From the NCBI GenBank assembly GCA_965204745.1, contig OZ242010.1, forward strand, positions 2,976,001 to 3,040,000: a DNA stretch of 64,000 nt, written 5' to 3'. The notes under the pieces were generated by a model. That model did not search any database. It had not been told where the DNA came from and saw only the letters and a program-made list of their open reading frames with translations. Source of the DNA: Candidatus Latescibacterota bacterium (GTDB lineage: Bacteria > Latescibacterota > UBA2968). The translations under genes were made by a program, and so were the position numbers. Below, piece by piece: positions 29,254 through 37,851 of the stretch (position 1 is the stretch's first letter; each line of letters starts with the position of its first letter).

Positions 29254-29719
29254 TTGCGGATTCAACGGTCGTCCCGATGTGTTGTTGCTCTACGGACCAA
29301 CGCTATATGTCGAGATAGGTTTTGATCCAAACTTTCGATCTGGTAGCGAAGGTCAACCCAATCTGCCGGCGGATCTGCTTCCTGCCTTGGTGGATACAGG
29401 CGCGTCCGAGAGTTGTATTGACTCGGCTCTCGCTATGAAGTTGAACTTGCCGATAGTAAACCGGATGGACATAGCAGGGCCCCAAGGGGTTAGCACAGTC
29501 AATATGCACCTCGCCCAAATATACGTTCCGACCCTGCATGTGGCGGTCTGTGGTCATTTTGCCGGCGTTCATCTCATCGCCGGCGGACAGACGCATTCCG
29601 CTCTCATTGGCAGAAGTTTCCTTCAAAATTTCACAATGATTTATGAGGGCCAAACCGGGGTTGTCACGCTCAGCAACAATCCTGAAAGAGATGGAATAGG
29701 GAAGGAACTTGGGGTCTGA
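29240..29719 (+). CDS. Retropepsin-like (clan AA) aspartyl protease
   Basis: ALVDTGASESCID catalytic motif and ALIGRSFL; overlaps the upstream gene. Confidence 0.82.
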   Translation: MAITNCGFNGRPDVLLLYGPTLYVEIGFDPNFRSGSEGQPNLPADLLPALVDTGASESCIDSALAMKLNLPIVNRMDIAGPQGVSTVNMHLAQIYVPTLHVAVCGHFAGVHLIAGGQTHSALIGRSFLQNFTMIYEGQTGVVTLSNNPERDGIGKELGV

Positions 29720-29759
29720 ACACGCTAGTTTTTACACCTACACATCATGCTTCGAACGC

Positions 29760-29796
29760 AAAAACGCCGAAGGCGGAACCAGCCCTCGGCATTTTG
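29760..29796. terminator. Bidirectional intrinsic terminator between convergent genes
   Basis: AAAACGCCGAAGGC-loop-GCCCTCGGCATTTT. Confidence 0.7.
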
Positions 29797-29812
29797 TTAT
29801 GGCAAACAGCGG

Positions 29813-31732
29813 TTACTTTTTTTTCTCATCGACCACTTCAAAATCCGCATCCACGACGCCATCATCGCCTTGTTTGGGGCCTTCTGTCCCGCCCGGGGCG
29901 CCGCCCGGTGGGTTTTGCGGCGCGCCTTCTGTGGAGGCTTGTTGATAGAGTTCGCTGGCGACCTGATGCCACACTTGGGTGAGGTTGTCGTTGGCCGATT
30001 TGATCGCATCGACATCGTCGCCCTTGAGGGCCTCTTTGACTTTATCGACAGCTTCGGTCACTTTGGCTTTTGACGCGTCGCTGATTTTGTCGCCCATTTC
30101 CGCCATCTGTTGCTCGGTTTGATGCACCTGTTGCTCGGCCGTGTTTTTGATTTCCACGGCTTCGCGCTTCTTCTTGTCTTCGGCCGCATTGGCTTGGGCG
30201 TCTTTGACCATTTTGTCGATTTCCGCGTCGGACAGCCCAGACGAGGCTTCGATGCGGATGTTCTGCTCTTTGCCCGTGCCTTTGTCTTTGGCCGACACAT
30301 TGAGAATGCCGTTGGCGTCAATGTCAAAGGTCACTTCAATTTGCGGCACCCCGCGCGGCGCAAGTGGAATGCCATCGAGGTGGAAGCGACCAATGGTGCG
30401 GTTGTCCAGTGCCATGTCGCGTTCGCCCTGCAAGACGTGGATTTCCACAGAGGGTTGGCTGTCCGCAGCGGTTGAAAACACTTCGGTCTTTTTCGTGGGA
30501 ATGGTGGTGTTGCGGTCGATGAGGCGCGTCATCACCCCGCCCAGGGTTTCGATGCCGAGGGAGAGCGGGGTCACGTCGAGCAAGAGCACGTCGGTCACAT
30601 CGCCCGAGAGCACGCCCGCTTGGATGGCCGCGCCAATGGCGACGACTTCGTCGGGGTTGACGCCCTTGTTCGGCTCTTTGCCAAAGACTTCCGACACGAC
30701 TTGTTGCACCTTGGGAATGCGCGTGGACCCGCCCACGAGGATCACTTCGTCGATATCAGAAGCCGAAAGCCCGGCGTCTCGAATGGCTTGGATGCAGGGC
30801 TGTTTGGTGCGCTGGATCAGGTCGTCCACGAGCTGCTCGAATCGGGCGCGCGACAAGGTGACGTTGAGGTGCTTGGGCCCGGACGCATCGGCGGTGATGA
30901 ACGGCAGGTTGATGTCGGTCGATGCGGAGCTCGACAGTTCGCACTTGGCTTTTTCCGCGGCTTCTTTCAACCGCTGTAAGGCCATGGGGTCTTGGCGCAA
31001 GTCCACGCTGTTTTCCTTCAAAAATTCCTCGGCCAAGTGGTCGATGACGCGCTGATCAAAATCATCGCCGCCCAAGTGCGTGTCGCCATTGGTGGATTTG
31101 ACTTCAAAGACGCCATCCCCGAGTTCGAGGATGGAAACGTCAAACGTGCCGCCGCCAAAGTCGTACACCGCGATTTTTTCATCGCTCTTTTTGTCCAAGC
31201 CATACGCGAGGGAGGCCGCGGTGGGTTCGTTGACGATGCGCGAGACCTCGAGGCCCGCGATTTTGCCCGCGTCGTTGGTGGCCTGCCGCTGCGCGTCATT
31301 GAAATAAGCGGGCACGGTGATGACGGCTTCTGTGACCGGTTCGCCGAGGTAGTCTTCGGCGGTCTGCTTCATTTTTTGCAGCACCATCGCCGAGATCTCG
31401 GGCGGCGTATAGAGCTTGCCGTCGAGTTGCACAGACGCCAGCCCATTGGCGTCGGCCACGACCTCGTAGGGCACTTCGGAAATTTCCGTGCTCACCTCGT
31501 CGCGGCGGCGACCCATGAAGCGCTTGATCGAGTAAATGGTTTTGCTCGGATTGGTCACGGCCTGGCGTTTGGCAACCTGACCGACGAGGCGTTCCCCGTC
31601 TTGCGCGAATGCGACAATCGAGGGCGTGGTGCGCCCCCCTTCGGAATTTGGGATGACCACGGGATCGCCGCCCTCCATCACGGCGACACACGAGTTGGTC
31701 GTTCCCAAGTCAATCCCAATGACTTTGCCCAT
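29813..31732 (-). CDS. dnaK: Chaperone DnaK
   Basis: [55 protein letters not shown]. Confidence 0.98.
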   Translation of the reverse strand: MGKVIGIDLGTTNSCVAVMEGGDPVVIPNSEGGRTTPSIVAFAQDGERLVGQVAKRQAVTNPSKTIYSIKRFMGRRRDEVSTEISEVPYEVVADANGLASVQLDGKLYTPPEISAMVLQKMKQTAEDYLGEPVTEAVITVPAYFNDAQRQATNDAGKIAGLEVSRIVNEPTAASLAYGLDKKSDEKIAVYDFGGGTFDVSILELGDGVFEVKSTNGDTHLGGDDFDQRVIDHLAEEFLKENSVDLRQDPMALQRLKEAAEKAKCELSSSASTDINLPFITADASGPKHLNVTLSRARFEQLVDDLIQRTKQPCIQAIRDAGLSASDIDEVILVGGSTRIPKVQQVVSEVFGKEPNKGVNPDEVVAIGAAIQAGVLSGDVTDVLLLDVTPLSLGIETLGGVMTRLIDRNTTIPTKKTEVFSTAADSQPSVEIHVLQGERDMALDNRTIGRFHLDGIPLAPRGVPQIEVTFDIDANGILNVSAKDKGTGKEQNIRIEASSGLSDAEIDKMVKDAQANAAEDKKKREAVEIKNTAEQQVHQTEQQMAEMGDKISDASKAKVTEAVDKVKEALKGDDVDAIKSANDNLTQVWHQVASELYQQASTEGAPQNPPGGAPGGTEGPKQGDDGVVDADFEVVDEKKK

Positions 31733-31773
31733 TTGAATCTCCCCTTGAGGTGAAGTGGTGCGATCAATTCGGT

Positions 31774-31956
31774 TCAAGGAATTAGATCGCGAGACAATGA
31801 CTGCGGCGACACGCCGCTAAAGGTAGATGAGTGCGAACCGTTGGTTGGCGTTTTCAGTTTTTGAAAAAAGGCGTCTAGCCAACCGGGAGGCTTACAAAAA
31901 AATGTATCCAAATCGTAGTTCTCGCTGTTAAATTCTACGAGTCGGACCCAATCTGC
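31774..31956 (-). pseudogene. Possible C-terminal stub of a type II restriction endonuclease (PmeII/EcoO109I-like)
   Basis: DWVRLVEFNSENYDLD overlaps the MTase 3' end and resembles the 'IDW.KLV.FNS' terminus I recall for that family. The match is short. Confidence 0.35.
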
Positions 31957-32780
31957 TGAATTTTCAGAACCCTCTTTCTCGCTTGCCGACAATATTCTGC
32001 ATTGGTATCGATGCCGATGTAGTTGCGTTTTAATCGTTTCGCGGCCACGGCAGTTGTTCCCGAACCGATAAAAGGGTCCAATACCCTATCATCTGCCTGC
32101 GTGAAGAGTTTGATGAACCACGTTGGCAAATTTTCGGGAAAGGCCGCGCTGTGATTGCGATTGGAACATTCAGTCGCCAAATGAATGACGTTTGTGGGAT
32201 ACACTTTGTCTCTGCCCACCCAATTGGACACATTTTTGCCAAATCCACTCTCGGCTTTCGATTCGTCCCTTTTTTGGTCGGTTTCGCTCAAGTTGTTCAA
32301 CCGCTTCTTTGCCCACTCCCCGACTGGCACCATAACCGCTTCTTGGTACATCCGGAAATTTCGGTGTTTGTTAAACTGCAAGAGTCTCTCCCACGAATCT
32401 CGAAAGCGATTGGGCCATTTTCCCGGATATGAATTTTTCTTGTGCCACATAAATTCTTCTGTCCACAGCCAACCTTGCTCTCTCATCTTCAAAATCAATT
32501 CTATGACGTACGTATGGCGTTCTCCGTTGACAACCCGCTCTTTGATATTGAGAATAAAGGTTCCGGTGGGTTTTAATACGCGCAAGAATTGTTCGGCTTT
32601 GGGGAGAAACCAATCGACATAGTCCCCTGGCTTGACGCCCCCATAAGTATTCGCCCTGCGATCCGCATACGGGGGAGACGTGAAAATGAGATCGACAGCG
32701 TTCTCCGGCCATTTTTTCAATACGTCTTCGCAATCGCCGTGAATGATTTGATTTACAAAATCCATCCCATCTTTCTCCAT
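31935..32780 (-). CDS. Beta-class amino-DNA methyltransferase (SPPY, likely N4-cytosine)
   Basis: DLIFTSPPY precedes HSAAFPE and VLDPFIGSGTT. Confidence 0.92.
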   Translation of the reverse strand: MEKDGMDFVNQIIHGDCEDVLKKWPENAVDLIFTSPPYADRRANTYGGVKPGDYVDWFLPKAEQFLRVLKPTGTFILNIKERVVNGERHTYVIELILKMREQGWLWTEEFMWHKKNSYPGKWPNRFRDSWERLLQFNKHRNFRMYQEAVMVPVGEWAKKRLNNLSETDQKRDESKAESGFGKNVSNWVGRDKVYPTNVIHLATECSNRNHSAAFPENLPTWFIKLFTQADDRVLDPFIGSGTTAVAAKRLKRNYIGIDTNAEYCRQARKRVLKIQQIGSDS

Positions 32781-32816
32781 TCAGCAACGGCCTCCCCGAC
32801 TGCATGGCGGTTTCGC

Positions 32817-33122
32817 TTACGCGGCTTTGGGGTCTGAACTTTTGGCGTCGGGGGTCTTTTTGGACTTCGATTTTTTAGCGTCCGATTTTTTGCCGCTCTC
32901 GGCTTCCTTGTCTTTTTTCGCCGCCTCTTTGTAGCCTTCGCTGCGGTAGTCCGTGATGTAAAAGCCCGATCCCCTAAAAATGAGACCCGCGCCGCCGCTG
33001 ATGAGGCGTTCAACTTCGCGCTCCCCGCATTCGGGACAGATGCGAATGGGGTCCGCGGTGATGGCGTGAAAGGCTTCAAATTCATGCTCGCATGCGGTAC
33101 ACGCATATTCATACGTCGGCAT
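32817..33122 (-). CDS. FmdB family zinc-ribbon protein
   Basis: MPTYEYAC..C..CPECG..LIFRGSGFYITDY. Confidence 0.92.
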   Translation of the reverse strand: MPTYEYACTACEHEFEAFHAITADPIRICPECGEREVERLISGGAGLIFRGSGFYITDYRSEGYKEAAKKDKEAESGKKSDAKKSKSKKTPDAKSSDPKAA

Positions 33123-33285
33123 AACAAATCCTCTGTGTTGAGGTGATGGTGAACAGAGTCCCATGCAGCACAGTGCCCGATAGCCACGCACGCACTAGAT
33201 TTCAACTTTGGGGTATTGCTCGAGAAGACACTCTGATGCAACAAGGGCATTATCGTCTATGAAATAGCTTTCAGCGATTTAGCCC

Positions 33286-33789
33286 TTACGGACCGGTTGA
33301 CAGATTTTCGCCCATACAAGGTGTAATCCAGCCTTGGAGAATGATCACCAAGATCAGCGAGACTGCGCCAATATAAAGCAAGTACAAATTGGTCAAAAAA
33401 AAGCGCCCACTTCCTTCACTGGTGCCTGCTTGTTTCCAAGTATTTGGAAATAATCCCGATTTCGCATCATCATAAACCCCTGGCTGGTAAAGTTTCAGCG
33501 CATCTTCAATACGTGCCAAAACCCTCTGTTGAGCTTTGAATCCTTTCATAATATCTCTCAGATATGATCGGTGAAACACCAAAACGATAATTGCGATCAC
33601 GCTCACCACAACGACTTTTTGAATGAGTGACAAGGTTATGTTTTCTTTTATGATCCAGCCAATTATTGCAAAACAAATCCCCATGAACCAAAGACACGTT
33701 TTATGGACACGTTCCCGCATGATATGGATAGCTTTATGACGGGCTTCGGCGCTGGCAAGCAAAACCTGGATTTTCGCCTGTTCTTCCAT
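33286..33789 (-). CDS. Putative CBASS transmembrane effector (3 TM, 167 aa)
   Basis: Three hydrophobic segments; last gene of the CD-NTase/E2 operon; RBS AAAGGA. Confidence 0.65.
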   Translation of the reverse strand: MEEQAKIQVLLASAEARHKAIHIMRERVHKTCLWFMGICFAIIGWIIKENITLSLIQKVVVVSVIAIIVLVFHRSYLRDIMKGFKAQQRVLARIEDALKLYQPGVYDDAKSGLFPNTWKQAGTSEGSGRFFLTNLYLLYIGAVSLILVIILQGWITPCMGENLSTGP

Positions 33790-34204
33790 TTTTTTCCTTT
33801 AAGCGTCTTTTGCCATTTTGATGAGGGACTTCTTCGCCATACCATTCACCTTCTTTTGTCCAATACTCGTAGCAAAAAAGCCAGAAAGCTGCCCAAGGAA
33901 CAATGGTCTGGGCAATGATCTTATCTTCTGACCACAGCCAATCTGGAGGGTAATACAGACAAAGAGATTTGTCCTGATAGCGATGAGGGGCATCATGGAC
34001 AATTCTGGGTTTAGTCACAAAAACAATAGGGCTTATTGGGCCTCGATAGCGAATATCTACCTTATAGTCGGGAGAATCCTGTTGGGGTCTCAACGTTCCT
34101 CGCCAGCGAGAGCGTTCATATTTGAATTGAGGAAAATACGCTTTCATCCAGTAGATTTGAAGCCCTATATCTGGCTTAGACCTGGGAATCCAAATGCGTT
34201 TCAT
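33734..34204 (-). CDS. Stand-alone prokaryotic E2-like protein of 'short' type II CBASS
   Basis: W.GTLRP...Y.V.I.Y...P.VFV..P..PHRY...LCLYYP...W...IA.TIVPW...WL..YEYW...GEW.G.E..H; ATGA overlap with the CD-NTase stop. Confidence 0.85.
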   Translation of the reverse strand: MKRIWIPRSKPDIGLQIYWMKAYFPQFKYERSRWRGTLRPQQDSPDYKVDIRYRGPISPIVFVTKPRIVHDAPHRYQDKSLCLYYPPDWLWSEDKIIAQTIVPWAAFWLFCYEYWTKEGEWYGEEVPHQNGKRRLKEKNGRTGENPGFACQRRSPS

Positions 34205-35250
34205 GATCCGTATGACCTATGTTTTGGCACAGAGACACTTCTGCCGCCTTCTGGCTTGTCCAAAGTAATCTCTCCGCTGGCTTTGACAGAGACGCCACCA
34301 ACTCCCACAGCCTCCGCCATTTTTGCCCCACCGCTTAACGTTTTTGGAAAATAGGAATCGCCGAATAATTCCTGCCAGAACTTGATGTTTTTTTCTTTTT
34401 CTTCTTCCTCATAGGCTTGGCGAGCCTTTCGCGTTGCCCAATCAAATCTCTTTTTGAACAGCGCAAAGTGCTCGCTGTCCCAATTTTCCGCCAGATCTTC
34501 GGATTCTAATGAAGGATTGCAAACCTGTGGTTTGGACAGGCAATTTTTTAAGTTGCGATTCAACGCCTCCATAACATCAACCAAGGTCTCTGCATCAGAG
34601 GGAGAACCGACAACATCCCCTGTCTCGAAACAACGACCAACAAGCGTCGTGAGAATGATTGACTTTGGGGCGGTATCTCTGCCCATCTTTAGATTTCGCC
34701 AGTGCTTCAACATTTTCACAATTCTACAAAATTTGCCCCCTGATTTAGCATCGACAGATTTTACCCATTCAATATACCCCATCGGATTAGTACGCTTCCA
34801 AGGTGTCCATTCCTCTTTTGTGGGAATCAGTATGGATCCTGTTTTCTCGCTTTGAGCAGGCACAACATCGAGGTGAAATTCACCGGCATAATTAATCCTA
34901 ACACATCGGTTCTTTTCGCGCACTTTGCCTCTGAAGTTGTGGTTATTTCTCAAGCGGTTGGCAAACCACCGGATCACCTTTGAAGGTTCTTGTCTCTCTC
35001 TGGACCATTCTGAAATATCCAGCACGATAACCGCATCTGCATCAAACTTATCTCCTTTCTTAATCGGTATAACCGCGGTGTTAATCGCCACCGATCCTTG
35101 CTGAAAAAGAGCAACTTTGACATCAGAAATCGGAACATCAGCATCAGAAAACATCTCTAAATTTGACATTGCTGATGCAATCCGCTCGCGACGTCTCTTT
35201 TTGAGACTGATTTGATAGTGAAACTGCTTGAAGTGTTTGTTAAGTTTCAT
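34201..35250 (-). CDS. cGAS/DncV-like nucleotidyltransferase (CD-NTase, SMODS domain)
   Basis: QGSVAINT..FDADAV (hGS..DxD), RCVRINY..FHLDVVPA, TNPMGYIEW, VKMLKHWRN, PKSIILTTL, NPSLESEDLAENW; C-terminus HRSYGS. Confidence 0.9.
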   Translation of the reverse strand: MKLNKHFKQFHYQISLKKRRRERIASAMSNLEMFSDADVPISDVKVALFQQGSVAINTAVIPIKKGDKFDADAVIVLDISEWSRERQEPSKVIRWFANRLRNNHNFRGKVREKNRCVRINYAGEFHLDVVPAQSEKTGSILIPTKEEWTPWKRTNPMGYIEWVKSVDAKSGGKFCRIVKMLKHWRNLKMGRDTAPKSIILTTLVGRCFETGDVVGSPSDAETLVDVMEALNRNLKNCLSKPQVCNPSLESEDLAENWDSEHFALFKKRFDWATRKARQAYEEEEKEKNIKFWQELFGDSYFPKTLSGGAKMAEAVGVGGVSVKASGEITLDKPEGGRSVSVPKHRSYGS

Positions 35251-35303
35251 CTAACAGCTCCTTTCGGATAAGGGTAATGTGACTATGGACATGCTATCTA
35301 TTA

Positions 35304-35319
35304 AGCAATATACATGCCA
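35304..35319 (-). promoter_or_regulatory. Sigma-54 (-24/-12) promoter of the CBASS operon
   Basis: Minus strand TGGCATGTATATTGCT fits TGGCAYR-N4-TTGCW and ends 54 bp upstream of the ATG. Confidence 0.65.
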
Positions 35320-35543
35320 GTGAGCCTGAAAATTTGCAATTTGATATAGAACAAGGGGTTATGTTTGGATGGGGATTTTGGGGATTTTGGTCGGGTTGTC
35401 AGAGTGTCCGAAGTTTTGCCAGATTGTCAACGATGGGCGCGAAAAACGGGCCGCACTGTCAGGATGCGGCCCGTTTCTGTTTGGGATGCGGGAGGCGTTT
35501 TTCGCGTCCTTGAACCGATAGCCCCGCCCGTGTGTGGATCACA

Positions 35544-36710
35544 TTATGCCGCGCGTTGCACTGCGGCGACGACGGCCTCGGCGGCTTCTTTGAGTTTTCG
35601 GGCGACGGCAAATTCGAGGCCCGAGTTTTCGAGAATTTGCGCGCCTTCTTCTGCGTTGGTGCCTTGCAGGCGAATGACCAGGGGCACGTCGATTTCGATG
35701 TCTGTGAGGGCCTCGACAACGCCCTCGGCCACGCGGTCACAGCGCACGATGCCGCCGAAAATGTTGATGAGCACGGCTTTGACGTCGCTGTCGGACGTGA
35801 GAATCCGCATGGCGTTTTTGACGCGCTCGACATTGGTGCCGCCGCCCACGTCGAGAAAATTGGCAGGGGATGATCCCGCGTATTTGACGATGTCCATCGT
35901 CGCCATCGCCAGGCCCGCGCCGTTGACCATGCAACCGACTTCGCCGTCGAGTTTGATGTAGTTGAGTGCGAATTGCGAGGCTTCGACCTCGAGGGGTTCT
36001 TCTTCATCCAAGTCGCGCAGGGCTTGGATGTGCGGATGGCGGTACAGGGCGTTGTCGTCGAAATTCATCTTGGCGTCCAAGGCCAGGACGTCGCCGGTTT
36101 TGGACACGACCAGGGGATTGATTTCCGCGAGCGAGCAATCGGTTTCCGCGTACGCCTTGTAGAGGGCGGTGATGAATGCGACGCCCTGCTTGAGTTGATC
36201 GCCTGAAAGCCCGAGGCCGAGCGCGAGGCGCCGCGCTTGAAAGGGCTGGAGGCCCACGCCCGGATGCACCTCTTCTTTTAGGATTTGCTCCGGCGTGGTC
36301 GCGGCCACCTCTTCGATGTCCATGCCGCCAGCGCGCGAGGCCATCACCACGAGGCGCGATTGTGCGCGGTCGAGCACGATGCCCAAGTACAATTCGTGGT
36401 CGATGTCCGTGGCCTGCTCCACCCAAACGGATTTGACCTCTTGCCCTTCGGGCCCGGTTTGCGGGGTAACGAGGTGCATGCCCAAAATTTCAGACGCCAC
36501 CCGTTTGGCTTCGGCCGGGTCGGCAGCGAGTTTGATGCCGCCGCCTTTGCCGCGCCCACCGGCGTGGATCTGCGCCTTGACGACCACTTGTCCGCCGAGG
36601 GCTTGGGCGATGGCCTCGGCATCTTCAGCCGTGCGGGCAACCCCGCCTTCGGGCACGGGCACGCCAAAGGATTTGAGGATTTCCTTGGCTTGGTATTCGT
36701 GAATTTTCAT
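35544..36710 (-). CDS. sucC: Succinyl-CoA synthetase beta subunit
   Basis: MKIHEYQAK, KAQIHAGGRGKGGG, EINPL, VNGAGLAMATMD, NIFGGIVRCD. Confidence 0.97.
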   Translation of the reverse strand: MKIHEYQAKEILKSFGVPVPEGGVARTAEDAEAIAQALGGQVVVKAQIHAGGRGKGGGIKLAADPAEAKRVASEILGMHLVTPQTGPEGQEVKSVWVEQATDIDHELYLGIVLDRAQSRLVVMASRAGGMDIEEVAATTPEQILKEEVHPGVGLQPFQARRLALGLGLSGDQLKQGVAFITALYKAYAETDCSLAEINPLVVSKTGDVLALDAKMNFDDNALYRHPHIQALRDLDEEEPLEVEASQFALNYIKLDGEVGCMVNGAGLAMATMDIVKYAGSSPANFLDVGGGTNVERVKNAMRILTSDSDVKAVLINIFGGIVRCDRVAEGVVEALTDIEIDVPLVIRLQGTNAEEGAQILENSGLEFAVARKLKEAAEAVVAAVQRAA

Positions 36711-36729
36711 CGTTGGCTCCTTTCCAATG

Positions 36730-37821
36730 TCAAACCGCATATCTCGCCAGCACATCGCGGTCGATTTCAATGCCCAGCCCCGGCGCGTCCGGGATGGGCA
36801 CCGCGCCATCCACGGCGCGAATCGGGTTGCGGGCCAATTCGGTTCGCAACCCGTTTTCCGTCATGTCGTATTCAAACAAGGAGGGGAGAGGATGGAGCAC
36901 CTCCGGCGCGTCCGGGATGGTGGCTTGCCAATGCACAGTGGCGGCCAGGCGGATATGCCCGCCCCACATGTGCGGCAACACGCGCACGTAATTCGCGCTC
37001 GCCATCGCCGCGATCTTGCGGCATTCGCTAAACCCGCCCGCAATGCTGATATCGGGTTGCACGATATCCAAGGCGCGTTGCTGGATCAACTCGCGGAACG
37101 CCCATCGCCCGGCCAGGCCCTCGGCGCCTGCAATGCGGATGGGCAGCGCGCGTTTGACCGCCAAGTACCCGCGCACATCGTCGGTGGGCAAAGGCTCTTC
37201 GTACCAAAACAAATCGTTGTGCGCGATCTTCTGCCCCACGTCAATAGCCGTGCCCACGTCATAGCCGCAGTTGGCATCCACGGCAAACAACACCCGATCA
37301 CCAATGGCCTGCCGGATCGCGGTGGCGTTTTTGACATCGTAAGCCGCGCCAAATCCGATCTTCATTTTTATCGCGGGAAACCCCAGATCGACGTATTTCT
37401 TCGCCTCATCCACGAGCACCTGCGTCACATCCGGGCGGTCCTTGCAAAATAACCCGCTGGCATACGCGGGAATTTCGTCTCGCACCTTCCCGCCCAAGAG
37501 TTGATAGATGGGCATCTGCAAGGCTTTGCCCATCAAATCCCACAGCGCGATGTCGATGCCGCTGATCGCACGCGGACTGACCCCATCGTCAAACAACGCC
37601 TGCCAAATCGCGCCGCAATCAAACGGGCTATGTCCGATGATCCGCGCTTCAACCGCGGCCCTCGGCACTTCGCCCGAGCCCTCGCCCCAACCGACCAAGC
37701 CATTGTCCGTCATGATCTCGACGATCTGCGCGTTCCTACTCGTGGACCACCCCCGCGAGTTTGCGAACTTTTCCCGCAGTGGATACCGCAAGCGATGGGT
37801 TTTGACGTCGGTGATTTTCAT
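36730..37821 (-). CDS. Mandelate racemase/muconate lactonizing family enzyme
   Basis: ISGIDIALWDLMGK, KMKIG, VDANC, WYEEP, QPDI..GG..E. Confidence 0.92.
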   Translation of the reverse strand: MKITDVKTHRLRYPLREKFANSRGWSTSRNAQIVEIMTDNGLVGWGEGSGEVPRAAVEARIIGHSPFDCGAIWQALFDDGVSPRAISGIDIALWDLMGKALQMPIYQLLGGKVRDEIPAYASGLFCKDRPDVTQVLVDEAKKYVDLGFPAIKMKIGFGAAYDVKNATAIRQAIGDRVLFAVDANCGYDVGTAIDVGQKIAHNDLFWYEEPLPTDDVRGYLAVKRALPIRIAGAEGLAGRWAFRELIQQRALDIVQPDISIAGGFSECRKIAAMASANYVRVLPHMWGGHIRLAATVHWQATIPDAPEVLHPLPSLFEYDMTENGLRTELARNPIRAVDGAVPIPDAPGLGIEIDRDVLARYAV

Positions 37822-37851
37822 GGGAGTGTCCCCTGTGGTTGCCTCTCGCCG

